Of a stretch of 64,000 bases of DNA, positions 24,401-37,700 are shown piece by piece (the first letter of the stretch is position 1; every line of letters starts with the position of its first letter). The position numbers and the translations under genes are program-made. The notes below the pieces were generated by a model, which made no database searches, was not told where the DNA came from, and saw only the letters and a list, made by a program, of their open reading frames with translations. The stretch is taken from contig NMRA01000313.1 in assembly GCA_002633005.1 (NCBI GenBank), positions 186,001 to 250,000 of the forward strand, given 5' to 3'. This DNA comes from Phoronis australis. Its lineage: Eukaryota; Animalia; Phoronida.

Positions 24401-27400
24401 CCCACAATACCTCAGTGTTAGTGTGTGCTACAGGAAAGTGTGTGGTTACCCAGTTATGTACGTATCGTGAGAGAATATTAAGTCACATCTTTTCAATCAT
24501 TTGCATATAAATTGTGAGGCAAAGAGACTGTCTCGGATTACACAGCGACATTTGAATCTCGTAATATTGACCCACACTGCTGAAATGTCTATCAAGCTTT
24601 TTTGTAGCCTCATTTTCACTCCATTGGAGTTTCTCATATAATTTGGTGGTGTTTTGCGTTTTACACTAATTCTGAGCTGCGTTACTGTATTTGACCTTCT
24701 TACGCCAACAAATTTTTGTTTTTCTTCTGTGGGCTGCAACTCCGATAGCAGACAGTGGTGTAAACTTGACAAGTATCGGTGATGATTTCCGACATGGTCT
24801 CCAGAATCAGCCCTACATTTCCAAAATTGGGTTGATGACGAAAAGCGTTTACCTGTCTCAGGCACATAGGAGAGTACCATGTGGGATCGTCTTATTGTAT
24901 TCCTTCCAGATGTTTTGTATATTTGGTTCACTGCCATACCATTGTCTGATAGTTAATGCAAATCATACACATGTTATCCCATATTTGTGTCACATTGTCA
25001 ACTGGCGTCTGTTTTTGGGACTTTTAAGGGATTTGTACCTTTTGCTGCTGCGTTATTTACTTTGTCTTTGTTGAAAACACATTGTTTGCTTCTTAAATCT
25101 TCCTATTTGAAGTTTTAAACCTCTCAAATGGTTTTTGTGGTTTTGATTCAAGATTCAAATGGTAGGAGCAGGAATATGCTGGCAACATGAGAAATTTTAA
25201 AATGCACTGAATGTCTACCTGAGCTTTCTAGGTGGCTTGGTTTATCATTGTGGAAAAATGCCGAATTGGTCCGTCAAATCCAGTGAAATGAGCAAAACCT
25301 AAGATTATTCATGGTTATTTGCATTTAATTTCCAGAAAAAGAAAGGCCCCGGCAGCCGGTCCAATACACCTATCCCTGGTGCTGACGTGGACAAGGGTGA
25401 GTACAATATATCAACTATTTTACATAAAGTGAGTTTGATTAGAGAATTTGTCACGAAATACCTTAATATTTCCTGTCATTATGGCTAAATTCAGTTGACA
25501 ACAAATTGACTGCTAATGACTGTATAGTGACCAAATTCTAATTACAGAATGGCTTAGCCACCTTGGTAACTTTCCTATTAATTCCCTTAGATTCGCAGTC
25601 ACTAGGGAAATAGACTCTGTGAATTCGGTTTTAGCTCAGCAGTCATGACGGGGAATTCTCGGTCATTTTGTCTGACTACGTTTGGCTTGTACAGTACTGT
25701 AGATTGCTTTTGAAATTTGTCCTGCCATCTTGATGAACTTTGTTGAGAAGAGAGTGTTGCCCACAGCACAGTTACACTGTGATCGACTATCCCTAGTAGT
25801 CAGCACACTGACTGGGGTGCTCGGAATTTCTGAGCACGTAAAATTGAAATTTTGATCTACACATCTCACGAATTCACTAAAAGGTTTCATTAACAGCTCT
25901 GACATAGTTATCACATTTATTATTTGCCTACACAGCATGAATGGGTGAAAGACTGTTCAAATCGGGGATACTAGTTTGTCTGGTTTCGAGGGTAACTGGC
26001 CCTGTCTGTGGACAAAGCTTTTGTGCATCGCGATTTTGTTTTCTTCAGTTTGATTGAGGAATAGCAACACGTATTGTACTTCCTACTGAAACAACTGGCT
26101 TATCATCGGACAGTTTCAACCTGGTTTATTCCTCAGTTGGGTGAACTCTGTCATTTGGTTTCACTTACAACGTCCCATTGATTTGAATTTGTTCTCAACA
26201 CCAGGCTTGTTTACAACAATTACTGTTCTAGGCAAGAAACGAAAAGGTGAAACTGACAGCCCAGTTCCGAAGAAGATTCGAACGGACAGTCCTAACTTAT
26301 CAAACGTGAAGCAAGAAGCCAAACGCCAGACTCCTACTCCAACGCCACAACAGTCCGGGTAAGTGAGAGAAAAACGACGATATTTCGAGGTACATCAAAG
26401 CAACTGCAAATTTAGTTTCAGTCTTCAAAGAAGCCAAGGTCTGATTTACTTGCAAGACCATTCATTGCTTCAAACCGCTTTTATAAATTCATGTTATGTG
26501 CCCTGATCTCAAGCAACAACAAATTGTAAATTCTTCCCAAACCCTGAAGTCACCTCTAACATGACTTAGGGGCAATTTGTGACCACACTGTAAGTGTCCT
26601 CAATCAAAAGTCATTTTTGTGGAAGGCAGGTTTATTACAGCTTTAAAGGAGAATGCCACCCAAGAAACAGCCTATTTTCTATCAGTTTATATCGAGTATT
26701 TCCGCTCGATAACAGCAAGTACAGCTCTTTTACCTGACACCTGACGGCAGACAGAGGTGTTGCCAATGACGTCAGAGGTTTGAATGCAGTCTGTTCAGCA
26801 GTTCACAACACGCTTACTAGTGTCAGCTTATCGCTTGAATTCAATAGTTGTACAGTAACAATGATTCGAATAATGTATATGAATATCTAAGTAAAGGTTA
26901 TATAAAATGGAGTATTCACAACAGCTTTCTGTCAACAAACACTGAATTAGCTTGCGCTCACACTGCCTCGGTGCTGACTCAATTAGCCGGTTTATTGCAT
27001 CTAAAGCCGGTAACACAGTGATATATTCATTGTTGGCTTCTCAAGACATTTGCACTCACGAACACTCTAAGGCAGTACAAATTGTATCTAATGAGACAGA
27101 CTTTGTTTCAGTTTTCTATAACTGCATTGGTTAGGGTGAGAATAATTCATTTTGAAACAATATAAACATCAACGTGGCAACTCGCAATCCCGACTTAGAC
27201 GAGTGCTCATTCGACGAAGACTTCACAGGTCGATTGTTAGGTTTCACAGGAATACACAGATCAAGAAACAATAGAGGCTCCGTGAATGTGCATAGACAAC
27301 GTAACATATGACTAGTCCCGAAAACCGTTTCATTGTGACGATAAGGGAATGAGTGACGCTTGCGTTTGCTGCCACGAAATTCCGTAAGTGAAACGAATTA

Positions 27401-28682
27401 TTGGGGAAGCGCATCTGTGTCTCACGTGCCATCCTGATTTTGCACCGCATCTAAGAAAGTGTGCTTAGTAATACAAAGTTTTTTAGGGCTGATGAAAAGA
27501 ACTGGCGAAAACATCCAACATGTACCTTGGGACCAAACAGAAGCCTAACAAACGAGTCAGTCATCAAACATGTTATGTTCTCACGCCTTGAATTATTTGT
27601 AATTGTTTGTGTTTTCATGGCCAGCTACAATTCTCCATAATCAAAAACTGATCAGCAACCGATCTGACAAAATGCAGGCCAATGACAGACACGGAGAAGT
27701 TTCACGGCCTCAGTAGTTGGTATTAACGGCGTACTTTTCATTCTTCACTACCCAAACCACTTCCGAAGCATCATGGGCTGTCAAAGAAATCGAAAAAACA
27801 ATATTACCCGCTTTCCTCGCAACTTCACAGTTCGCACAAGCGGGAACAATACACCACACCATAGCGGCACTCACTCTGCCAAAGAACCACTGACGTCGCT
27901 GCGTCATTTCTCATCTTCCTCACAGGTTAACATGGCACCTCTTGGCGAGGTAAAATCGACCGTATAGGAGGTGATGTGGATATAGACCGATTAAGACTGT
28001 AAAAAAGACTAATTAAATCGGGTGGCATTCTCCTTTAAGTAAATGTATGAGAAAAAATAATGTATTGAATTTATTGGTTTCATGGTATAATTGTAATAAA
28101 TTTATTAGAATCACACAAGTTCAAAAGAACATAAAAAGACAAAAAATTAAAAGTACTTAGTGCAAGATATGGATAACATAAAAAGCCAGACTTATTTCCA
28201 GTATGGTCTGTATCATCTCAGTAGAAATTGCACAAGACTTAACACGTTGGCCTTAGATTGTTGTTGAGTGTGCATTCAATGGAAAACTCGTTTATGTATC
28301 TTTTTGAAATCATCTTTGTTTATCAGTTTCCGCACATAGTGCATGAGCTTCCAACTTCAGACAAATTTTCTTAGCATCCAGAACACTCGTTAAGGAAAAC
28401 TAAACAGTACTGGTAAAAAGGAGTCATTGGTGTTTTTATATCTGTACTTGTGTCATGATTGTCTTTGTTTTTAGGAGCAATGAAGGTATCACTGAGGAAT
28501 CAGTACGCAGGTACTTGACTAGGAAACCCATGACTACCAAAGACTTGCTTCAGAAATTCAAATCCAAAAAGACTGGTCTTGGCAAGGAACAACTAGTGAC
28601 AACGATCGCCGCCATCTTGAAGAAGCTGAACCCTAACAAAGAGATGATTAAAGGGACAATGTATCTCTCCATAAAGGAATGA
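15469..28682 (+). CDS. GTF2F1: General transcription factor IIF subunit 1 (RAP74), 499 aa
   Basis: Twelve GT-AG exons in frame: 15469-15483, 18767-18831 (QEFVVRIPK), 19249-19321 (RYSIMRFNGANKIDF), 20197-20402 (GAGSEFGKEQRDEARRKKYG...EDQPWLL), 20799-20969 (FKGTREGGISENASYYIFTQCPDGAFEA), 21727-21847, 22881-23077, 23757-23920, 24273-24364, 25336-25396, 26232-26358 and 28475-28682 (ITEESVRRYLTRKPMTTKDLLQKFK, winged helix). Total 1500 bp. The 15-bp first coding exon is the least certain. Confidence 0.96.
15981..17439. mobile_element. Older diverged member of the long-TIR MITE family, split by copy B
   Basis: The left arm (atagtgccaccgtacttgactgggctccgta, resuming at 16914) and right arm (to gagacggtgtcactgtcta, 17439) are inverted relatives of each other and of the copy A/B TIRs (aattatgcctc..catcaaagtcac..ttgcgcata..caccttaggagg). 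Confidence 0.75.
16013..16913. mobile_element. Long-TIR MITE copy B (Mutator-like by 9-bp TSD), in intron 1 of GTF2F1
   Basis: TIRs at about 16013-16273 and 16653-16913. TSD ggctccgta at 16004-16012 and 16914-16922. Internal region near-identical to copy A apart from a deletion of about 30 bp. Confidence 0.9.
17638..17705 (-). mobile_element. tRNA-derived SINE head
   Basis: The minus strand reads TGGCAGAATGG (A box) ... GGTTCAAGTC (B box). No complete cloverleaf. Confidence 0.5.
18879..18928. repeat. Perfect 20-bp inverted repeat with a 10-nt loop in GTF2F1 intron 2
   Basis: tttgttagcgagcttgatac (18879-18898) / gtatcaagctcgctaacaaa (18909-18928). Confidence 0.9.
23350..23730 (+). repeat. 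Degenerate minisatellite with a period of about 40-50 bp
   Basis: The core cagct.caggaacaagatgttcac recurs about 7-8 times with divergence. Confidence 0.6.
23939..23987 (+). repeat. Short 19-bp tandem repeat
   Basis: cagtgagctggggagg(a/g)gc, about 2.5 copies. Confidence 0.7.
26647..28034 (-). mobile_element. Kolobok-type non-autonomous DNA transposon with a decayed THAP-domain ORF, in GTF2F1 intron 11
   Basis: 15-bp TIR aggagaatgccaccc / gggtggcattctcct flanked by TTAA (26643-26646 and 28035-28038). The minus-strand relic MVWCIVPACANC...FFRF..P.MLRKW is broken by a frameshift and stops. Purine-purine termini, TTAA TSD and THAP are Kolobok hallmarks. Confidence 0.85.
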
Positions 28683-29248
28683 GTGCTGGGCGGGTGTTGC
28701 TTTTAACCAGTTCTGTTGCTAACTGCTATCTCTTGTGTTAGCAGTTGATCTAATGTGTCAAAATTTGGGAGAGAAGTTCAAATGCTGGTTAGTGCGCATA
28801 GGCCTTAACTTAGGCCATTGAAGCTAGTGTAAGCCTAGGATCGTGATGCGTGACCAGATTGACGTAACTGCAGAATGTGGACACGGGCTATAAGCACCGT
28901 GATTGTATTGTACGAAACATTAGCCAGTGGTGCATGAACGTGGACCTGTGAAGATCTGACTTGCTGTCGACGACCATAGAACATTTTTCCCACCTCTTCC
29001 TTTCAAATTTCACTAGACGTTCCTTAATATTCAATCACTTTCTGAAACGCAGGCCACATTTGGTCGCATGGTCACCTTTTGTTGCCATTCTTCAAATTCA
29101 TGGTGGTACCGTCTTGTCCCATGTTTTCAGACCACCCAATTTCCCCGAGCGTTACTTCAACATATTAAATTCATCAGGCTGAGCATTATTTAACAGGTGT
29201 ATCTGTGCCTGTTTTTCCAGTGTCATCTTTTATATTTTGCCTGTCAAT

Positions 29249-29254
29249 AATAAA
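29249..29254 (+). other. Putative GTF2F1 polyadenylation signal
   Basis: AATAAA about 570 nt after the stop codon, followed by T/GT-rich sequence. Confidence 0.55.
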
Positions 29255-31713
29255 TAATATTTTAATCACATTTCACACTTTTTGTTATGGAGAGTTTGTT
29301 GTCATTCTTTCATGCTTTGACAAGGTATGCATATAAGTAAAATATAGTTGCGTTTTAAACTTTTCCACATGGTTTATAGTATTTTGTCTGAAAGGCCACT
29401 TCATCATCTCCCAATGTTAGTTCAGTTAGCTGTTTCAGAGATGGACACACACGACTACATTGAAACAGCATGAAGCTTAGTAACAAGGCCTTCCCCTTTT
29501 TGTGTCTTTTGATCAAAATGAAATTTTGACAAAACATTTAACGCACCTCACAAACAAACGAGCTCGTAGAAAATAATGAAATGTATTATTACACGGATTG
29601 CGACAACAGTGCGCTCGTGACAAAAATACAAAACGTTAAATCAAAGTGTATTATATGCTAAGTTCTCTGATGAGATGAACCTTTTCCTCCTAAGAAGTCT
29701 TATTAAAGGGTAGTAAGAATGCCAAATTTGTCTTAACACTATTATTCAATATTGGTGTGATTCTAAGTAACAACGAAGGAATTCAATGCAACACAGAATG
29801 ACGGAAGCATTAATTTGGGATATATCAACCATGTTTTAGTTTATAATGAATAATTTGGTCCCACCATGTTTTAGAATTTCACACTTCAGCACGTGGTCTT
29901 TTCATTTCACACCCTCCATACATTTATTTTGCCATGTTTTGTGCCGACATTTCTGATCAGTTGCCTCTCTGAACTTCTGAAGAATTTGCAGAAAAGGAAC
30001 ATTAAGCACATGTGACACGCTGCGGATTACATAGATCATTTCATGTACTACACAAACAGGTCAACTGTACAGGTTTCTTACACATCAATTGAACTTAACT
30101 TTGTCATTGAATCAGAAGATTTAAATTTACCCGCAGAATACACTTGTCTATTCTGCAGTTGACTGTTACAGCGCACTGTGCAATTAATACCACAGTGACA
30201 TGTTGTCGGGTCAAAAGGCAGCTGGTACGTCTGATATTGCCCGAGAAGATTTCACAGTCATGTGAATCCTCATCAGACACCTTATCTGCCTTCTCATACT
30301 TTGACCCCACACTGTACGACAGATCTGCCTTCTTGTGGTTGGGCTCTACCACCCCATGGTGGACATGCTTGCCCAGAATAAAATGCAAGCATCTTGCACA
30401 TTCATTGCAGTTAAAATGCTTGTTTTAAGTGTCTTATCTCACTTCTAGTCAGATGTCTAACTGCTTTCACTTATAAAAATTCAACATCTGAATGCGGAAA
30501 TAAGGAATGCATAGAAACAAACATTCGGTAAAATATGACAGCAGTTCACCAATCGTTTACATTTTTAAGACAGCTTACACAATTTATCAAAAAGCTAAAT
30601 ACAAATTTGTTATGGAAGTATCGAGTGAATTATGAAAACTTATAAAAATATTGGAAAAATTACGAAGGCCATCTCTCTATTTACAAAATTTTTTCCTTGC
30701 CCACATGTTATTGGCCATGCACCATAAAATTCAGAAAGAGTGGTGTCAAACTCGTAGCAATGAGGTGGCATCCCTAGGTACGCAGGACAGAACGACCGAT
30801 GTTCTGTCCAGCAAAACGGATGATACATTAGATATCCCAAGATGACCTCATTCAAAAATGCCCTCAAGACATCCAAGTATCAAATATTTGCTACAGTAAC
30901 AAATGTCAATTGATATTATCGGACAACAAAATCTTCCACGCAAACACAACATTCATGTTCACATTTCCATGATGATAAGTCTTTCAAACTATACAAATCT
31001 TGGTGCATTTGCATTTTGGTGAAAACATACCCCCAAAGCTCCTGATGCGGAAAGTGCACAAGTAGTATAGACCATGCACACATTGCAATAAAACTGTGTC
31101 ATAGTCACAAAAATGCATTCAACTCTGTGCATACATTATAAAATTTCCTCCTCTACTGCCTTACAAAAGGTGGTCCAGAAAGTCGTAACTAAGACTTGAT
31201 CTACTCTCAACAACAGTAACCAAGACATAAAATTTGACTTTGGACCTTGGTATCCACCACATCCCATATGCCAATAACTTCCATAAATACACCATTCACA
31301 GTGCCACCTTCAGGATACAAATCGTAACACATAACTGGCTGTACTGCAAAGATTGCAAACAATTCACTCCTAGTTGGACAGCATTCAAGATATTTCCTTC
31401 TCTCCTCGGTATCCATTTCCTGAATCCTCTGAGGAGATCGACTTTACGAAGTGCAACCATTCCTGGACAAGACCAGGAATTTCCTTCCCACTTTCTTGAC
31501 TTAGAAAAATCATGCTAAACTGGTTGTGCGGTCTTGTCATCCAGCTATCTTCAAGGCTTCAGGGCGCACCATGAGGCTCTAATATCAATAAGTATAGAAG
31601 TCTTTGTTTGTATGACTCGGTGTATGTCTTGCATAGATGCCCCTTGTTTGTCCGTCACGTTTTACACTGCACTTGATGAGCTCGTGTGAACATGTTGGAA
31701 TGCTTTGCTTGTA

Positions 31714-34700
31714 TCAAACACCGCTGCTGAAGCTGTTACTTAACCTCTGATTGACTGACGCTGACTGATTCCAATTGCCACGCCCTCCCACCTCCCTACA
31801 ACAAAGCAATCAAAATTATATTGAGCAGTTCATTCACCGGCAATTAAGTACAACCTTCAAAGTTGTTACTAGGCACAAGTCAACAGCAATGGACAAAATG
31901 ACTTGTAATTTCACCATAACAATGGTGTAAGTAGCTATTGTCCTGAGGAATTTTGAGTCACAGCGTTAGGGTTCTTTTGGTGTGTACCGTAGGTCAGGTA
32001 ACGTCCACATCAGAGAAAGGAGATTAAAGATACTATGTAAGAGCGGTTTAATCAGTGAATGAATACCTGAACCTATGTGGCAAGTCCAAAATGTGGGCTG
32101 TTTAAAACCACAGCTTATTTCTGGTTATTCATTTCAGTGTTGTAATAATTTCACAACTAACTGAAGTTTACAAAAACCTTCATGCATCGATCAGGTATAG
32201 TTATAGCCCATGGTGCCCAAAACGTACTTGCACTTCAAATGACAATAACTGCAGCATTGTTTATTGACTTCAGAACAAGATTACTGGATTAAATGAATGG
32301 AAGGGGTGATTAAAAATGGAACGGTCTTAAAACTAAGAAGTCACCATATGCATTGTTTACAAACTTGTCATTAATAAGAAGATAAGTTGCTTTAAGTTTG
32401 CATTTCCGTAACATGTTCACTGTACCATTGCAGGGTACATTTTCACTCTAACAATCTGCCATTCCCATGCATACAGTGCTTGCCTACTTTCACAGCAAGG
32501 TGTAACAGACAGACAATTTGATTCACTGGAGCTTTGAACTCCCAGCATGGTGAGTACAAATTAGGCACACCCTGCACGAAGGCAACTAAACCGCCTCATT
32601 ATCAAAGGTCACTGACAGTCGTTAACAATACACTACCTTGATCTATAGGACTCGCTGTTCACATTCTGACTTGACTGTTGAGCAGCCTTGGCCTCAGAGG
32701 CAAACTGATATACAATGAGCAAACAGTCGCGGCACAGCTGGACAATTCGCCGGCAGCACTTCATTTCCGTGTCACTGATCACCTCGCTGCTCTTGCTGAA
32801 TATCGTCTCCCATGAGTTGCTACAATAACCCCACACAAACTTGACGATTAGCCGAGAGGAAGTGATACACGATTGTGTAGCAGAAAATGCTAGAAGTACC
32901 TTTTAGATATACAGCAAGTCCCATTAATACTTAAGTACACAGTGCAAGATAGTCTGACTTCTAGATAGTTGACGAAATTTATCCGATTTTGTCAAAGTAA
33001 CTAAGGGCTACAACAACAAGAAAGTAACACTTTTTTGAAAATTAGCCATAATTTTCCATTACAGACATACACTTGGCTAAGATGAAGTGTACACTAGTCC
33101 ATAGTTTCCCCCAAAAAGTGTAGACATCTCTTCTAGTTCAAACGAAACAAAATTTCAAAGCAAACATAAATGGTTTCAGTCAGTGTTGTTTCGTTCTCAG
33201 TGTAGGCCATAACTTTGAGCCAGATAAAAGTTACTGACTTTTTGAAAACAAAAGAATGTACTGTAAGTTGTAGTTTTCAAACTAAATTGGATAGTGCTGA
33301 AATTCGACAAAGCTTCGACACACAAAACTGTGAATTAATGTCCTTTTCTTTTCGACTATAAGACATTTCAATTCAGGTGAATTCTCAATAAAATCTGAAC
33401 ACAGATGTGCCTGTACATAATTAGTCCACATACAAGTCAACAATTGTTGGCTTGGCGCAGCAAGATGCCATTAAACCGTGCAAATGAATGACTTAATTGC
33501 CAAATAACTCTGGAAGGCATTTCGTCCAACTTTGGCAGTGTCTGACAAAATTCTGTTGAAATCTATATCTGGTTGATTTTGAAAATTACTGTGTATTGTT
33601 GTGTAAAGAAACAATAAGACCTACAATGTGTGCATATACCTTAAGAATTCAAGTAAATGGTTAACCAGATTTTAAAGTATGGTTTGTAGATTAATAAGTT
33701 GTGTTAAAATGATAATTTAGTCTGATATATAACATGCCGCATTTTGAGAACCAGTTTTCTCCACTGAATAACTGGCATAAACTGGTTCTCAAAATGACGG
33801 CACTTTCTATTAGCTTATTGCCCATAAACTTGGAAAATTTGAAAGCTCAAGACTAGACACGACCTTATGTGACCTAATTAGCGTAAAGATGTGGACTAAC
33901 GAAAAGTTGTTTTATAATACTGTACAGTAATTAACTCACCCATTGGTTGAGAAACAGTTCCACAGCCCCTGACCATGGCTCCAAAGAAGTCGATTAAACA
34001 CGCGGCTGAATATGCGGTATAGACGCATGGTTTCTATGTCTATAGGCTTCCAGATTCGTTGAAGGACAGCTCGCACGTTTGACCTCACTATGTCAATAAC
34101 CTTCAACAAAAGCACAAGAAAACTCGAGATGAAAAGCAAATGAAATAACTAAGCCCTGTTGCCATAGCATATCATATGCTTAGAACTCGACAGGGACACT
34201 TGGCCAAACTTTATTTCCACATCTAGTTTAGAATATTTGATTTCAATGAATAGCTCTATTTTGTGAAATGCAATGGTAAAGTTAATGAAGCCAGCTTATT
34301 AATAATGCTTGCTTATTAATTATTACTTTCATAGAAGCGGTTGGTTGGATTTCTAGATTCCCATCATTTTAGCATGAAAGAACAGAAACATCAAAATACA
34401 AGTCAATTAGATAACTGATTGAACAGAATATTACATTATTACTTAAGTTATAATTTTTCTTTAAATCCATGGTCACAAGGTTTACCTTTCGGCGTTTTAT
34501 GGAGTCAAGCTTCACAAGCCAGTAGGAGGCTATCCGAGGCTTATGGAATTTCCAGTTTTCATGAATCTAGAAAAAAAAACATAAAATTGTCAGTAACACA
34601 AGGAAAAACAATTTCATTTTCTTGCAATTGTTACTCAACATCCAAAACAAATAACAATTTTCTAGGTAATAAATTAACACCATGCCTTTGCAATAACTGA

Positions 34701-37700
34701 AATGAATATCGGCTTTAGTTTGCATAAAAAATACCAACTACCATTTTTCTGGACCGCGAACAAACCAAATTCCATACTGTCGGACTTTTCTTCACTTGAT
34801 TGGTCAACTCCTCATACAAAATTCCTTGCATACTACTAATAAAATTATCACTGCCTGTTTAACATTCAGTACATGGCAAAACTAGATCAATGAGCCACCA
34901 CAACAATATCCCAACATTAAAACGCTCAAAACCAGCTCAACAAGTCACGCACCCTGTCAAGTATCCACTCCGCTTCCTCATCGCTTTTCCCGGGGAACTT
35001 GATCCTCATTTCCGACATGGACGCCAATGTGCGCCGTGTTAACTCCTCCTCTTCTTCTCGAATGGCCGCCTCCTCCTGTCAATCAGGTTGAACAATTGCA
35101 ATATTAAATAGGCACAATAGTATTGAATACAAAATGTTGCCAAACCCACTCTGGCAACTCACCACTATTCTTCATATTAAATGGCCTTCTCTTTTTAAAT
35201 TAAAGCATGTTTAATGGAAACAATTTGAAGTTGAGCCTAATTACACTTAACACAATCATAATCAAAAAGTTTGCATCTTCCAAAAAACCAATTCAACAAA
35301 AACATTACTTGTAATGCGGTTGACCTGAAGTCTTCCAATATTAGTCATCCTCAATTACACATAGAAACTGCTGAACAAAATCTAAAAATTGGCAAAACCA
35401 TAAAGAACCGGATTAAATGTCTGGGTTTGAGACTATCAAACTAGCTATACTCAAGGTTCAGTTCAACTCAAAAATGAGTTTATTAATAATCAAAGTGCAC
35501 AAGTCATGCAACTGTCATTAAGCTGACTTTGGGTATAGTTGGGTGATATTTGGCTTTGCCCACTACCCTTCATTAAAGGGAACTTAATGATGAGAAAGGT
35601 CATTTTCTGAGGTCAACTTCATCACAGAAACTAACCTGCGATAACAGTTCTGAACAAAGATAATAACTTGAAGACATCTACCAACAAGATGTCATACTTC
35701 ATCCAACAACAACGAACCAAAAAATGCATTTTCAGCCACAAAACTCACAATGTTCCTTTAAATGCATCTTCCTTTCAAACCCAACTGGGGAAATCAATAA
35801 AATGGGAATAGTGGGGACGTGCGCTGAGAAGTGATGCATTATTCTGGAAGTTTAAATTTGAGTCGCTAAGTCAACAATTTGATATAAACGTGAGGATTCA
35901 GCACATTGATTAATTGAATGGAATGGAATGGGAGGTCATACTTTACTTGAAATATGTGGCGGTCTGCTAATACTCTGCACGGTTTAGATGTTGAAAAGAG
36001 GCATCAAATGGAACAACCTAAGTTTGCTCTAGCACCTCTTCTTTCACTACGATGGCTTGACCTCACTGTTCCAGATGTATATATGGGTCAGTAGATTTAG
36101 GCAATGGATACTGTTTCATTTTAGCCAGATACAAATATCGCCCCAGATCCAGAAGCCAATCTATGCACCCCACCCTAAAAATACAACTGCACCACCCCCA
36201 GGACTCAAAATACAAAGTTGACATGGAAAAATTAATTTGCTAAACTTACGAGAACATCCCTAACTCACCAGAGCTTTCTGACTTGCGTCTGGCTTGTTCA
36301 GCCTATTGCTGTTACTCATCGGTCGAGAGAGTGTCCTGTTGACTGCAGCTGATGGGGGCCTTGAGGCTGACTGTGGCCGCGAAAGGGGTGCCTGGGCATA
36401 AGGCGACTTGTAAGCACTCCCTGTGCTAACGGCTGACTGTGGACGTGACTTCTTGCTCTGTCGATTGCTGGGTGTACTATCCATTTCCTCATCTTCTTCT
36501 TCGCTTGACTCTTCTTCCTCTAGGATGTCATCTTCACGATGTTGAGCAGCCCGACTACTGGGCATGCATGACAAAGGCTAGAGCGAAATAAAAACAGCAT
36601 TGCAATAAAATTATCCTCATTGACAATGAATTGTGCTTAACTGGCTTCATAGAGCTGCGCCAATATTTATCGTTTCAACATTGAAAAGGTTATAAAAATA
36701 ATATACCTGACAACCTTGCGAGATGTCTTCTATTGTGATTAAATGAAAATTTTAAAAAAATGCCAGCCAATATGAGAAGCAGAGCAGCTAACAGTTGAAT
36801 GACTACTTTATAAAGTACAATGCACCACGCTTAGACATACTTCAACTTCAAACTTAATTCATGGATTGTGTCCTGAGATCTTGGCAAAGATCTAAAGCAA
36901 AGTTATCAAAATCTCAAGTCCACTGTTTCTACAATGTAGTTCATTGTCCACTGTGGCCTCTGATTGCCCTTACCGGAGGTCCTCGAGGTTTCCTAGAAGG
37001 CATTGCCTTCCCTTCCAGTTCGTCTGCTTCACACTGAGCCAACATGTCCAGCACGTCAGCCTCCTGTTTGTAAAAACCAGAACCATATGGGTAGTACAAA
37101 GATAACAGAAAACGATTTTGAAATGAGCCAAGACGTTCGTTAAATACTAAATATTGCTTTCATCTACTATTTTCACAGAACTAGAGGAAACAATTTTCAA
37201 CACTGACACCAGTTGGCATGTAAAAATATGAATGCCGTTACAGGCCAGCGAAAGTGTTTAAAGTAGCTATGGAGAGAGATTTGCATACAAAATACTGACA
37301 TATGTTTGCCAAGACATTTAACTGTACCAAATCAGACATCTGTCCAATGTCTGTTTTCAATAATGTAATGCAAACTTTAAGAATGAAAATAGTCTCGGAC
37401 ACACAATTAAGCGCAAGAGAAATACAAACTATATGGCTCATTATGGCTCAATATGGCTCATTATGGCTCATCAAAAACAATGGATTCTCAAATACTTTCA
37501 TACACAAAACAATTAAGGTTCAAATCCTCCACATCGTTCACTAAAGATTGCTGCCAAGCATAACTGTATTAATAGCATGAACTTATGTAACATGCGTGAC
37601 TCACAAAATGAAGCTGAGTTTTTACCCTTTTTCATTTTCTATGACGGTTTAGTTTCAACTCCAGATGGAGAGCAGTTTTCCAAATAAATGCCGATATTAA

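Noticed and set aside
24779-24949. Possible C/D box snoRNA in GTF2F1 intron 9 (GTGATGA 24779, TTGATGA 24832, CTGA 24946)
   Set aside because: No convincing terminal stem or recognisable rRNA/snRNA guide, and the spacing is long.
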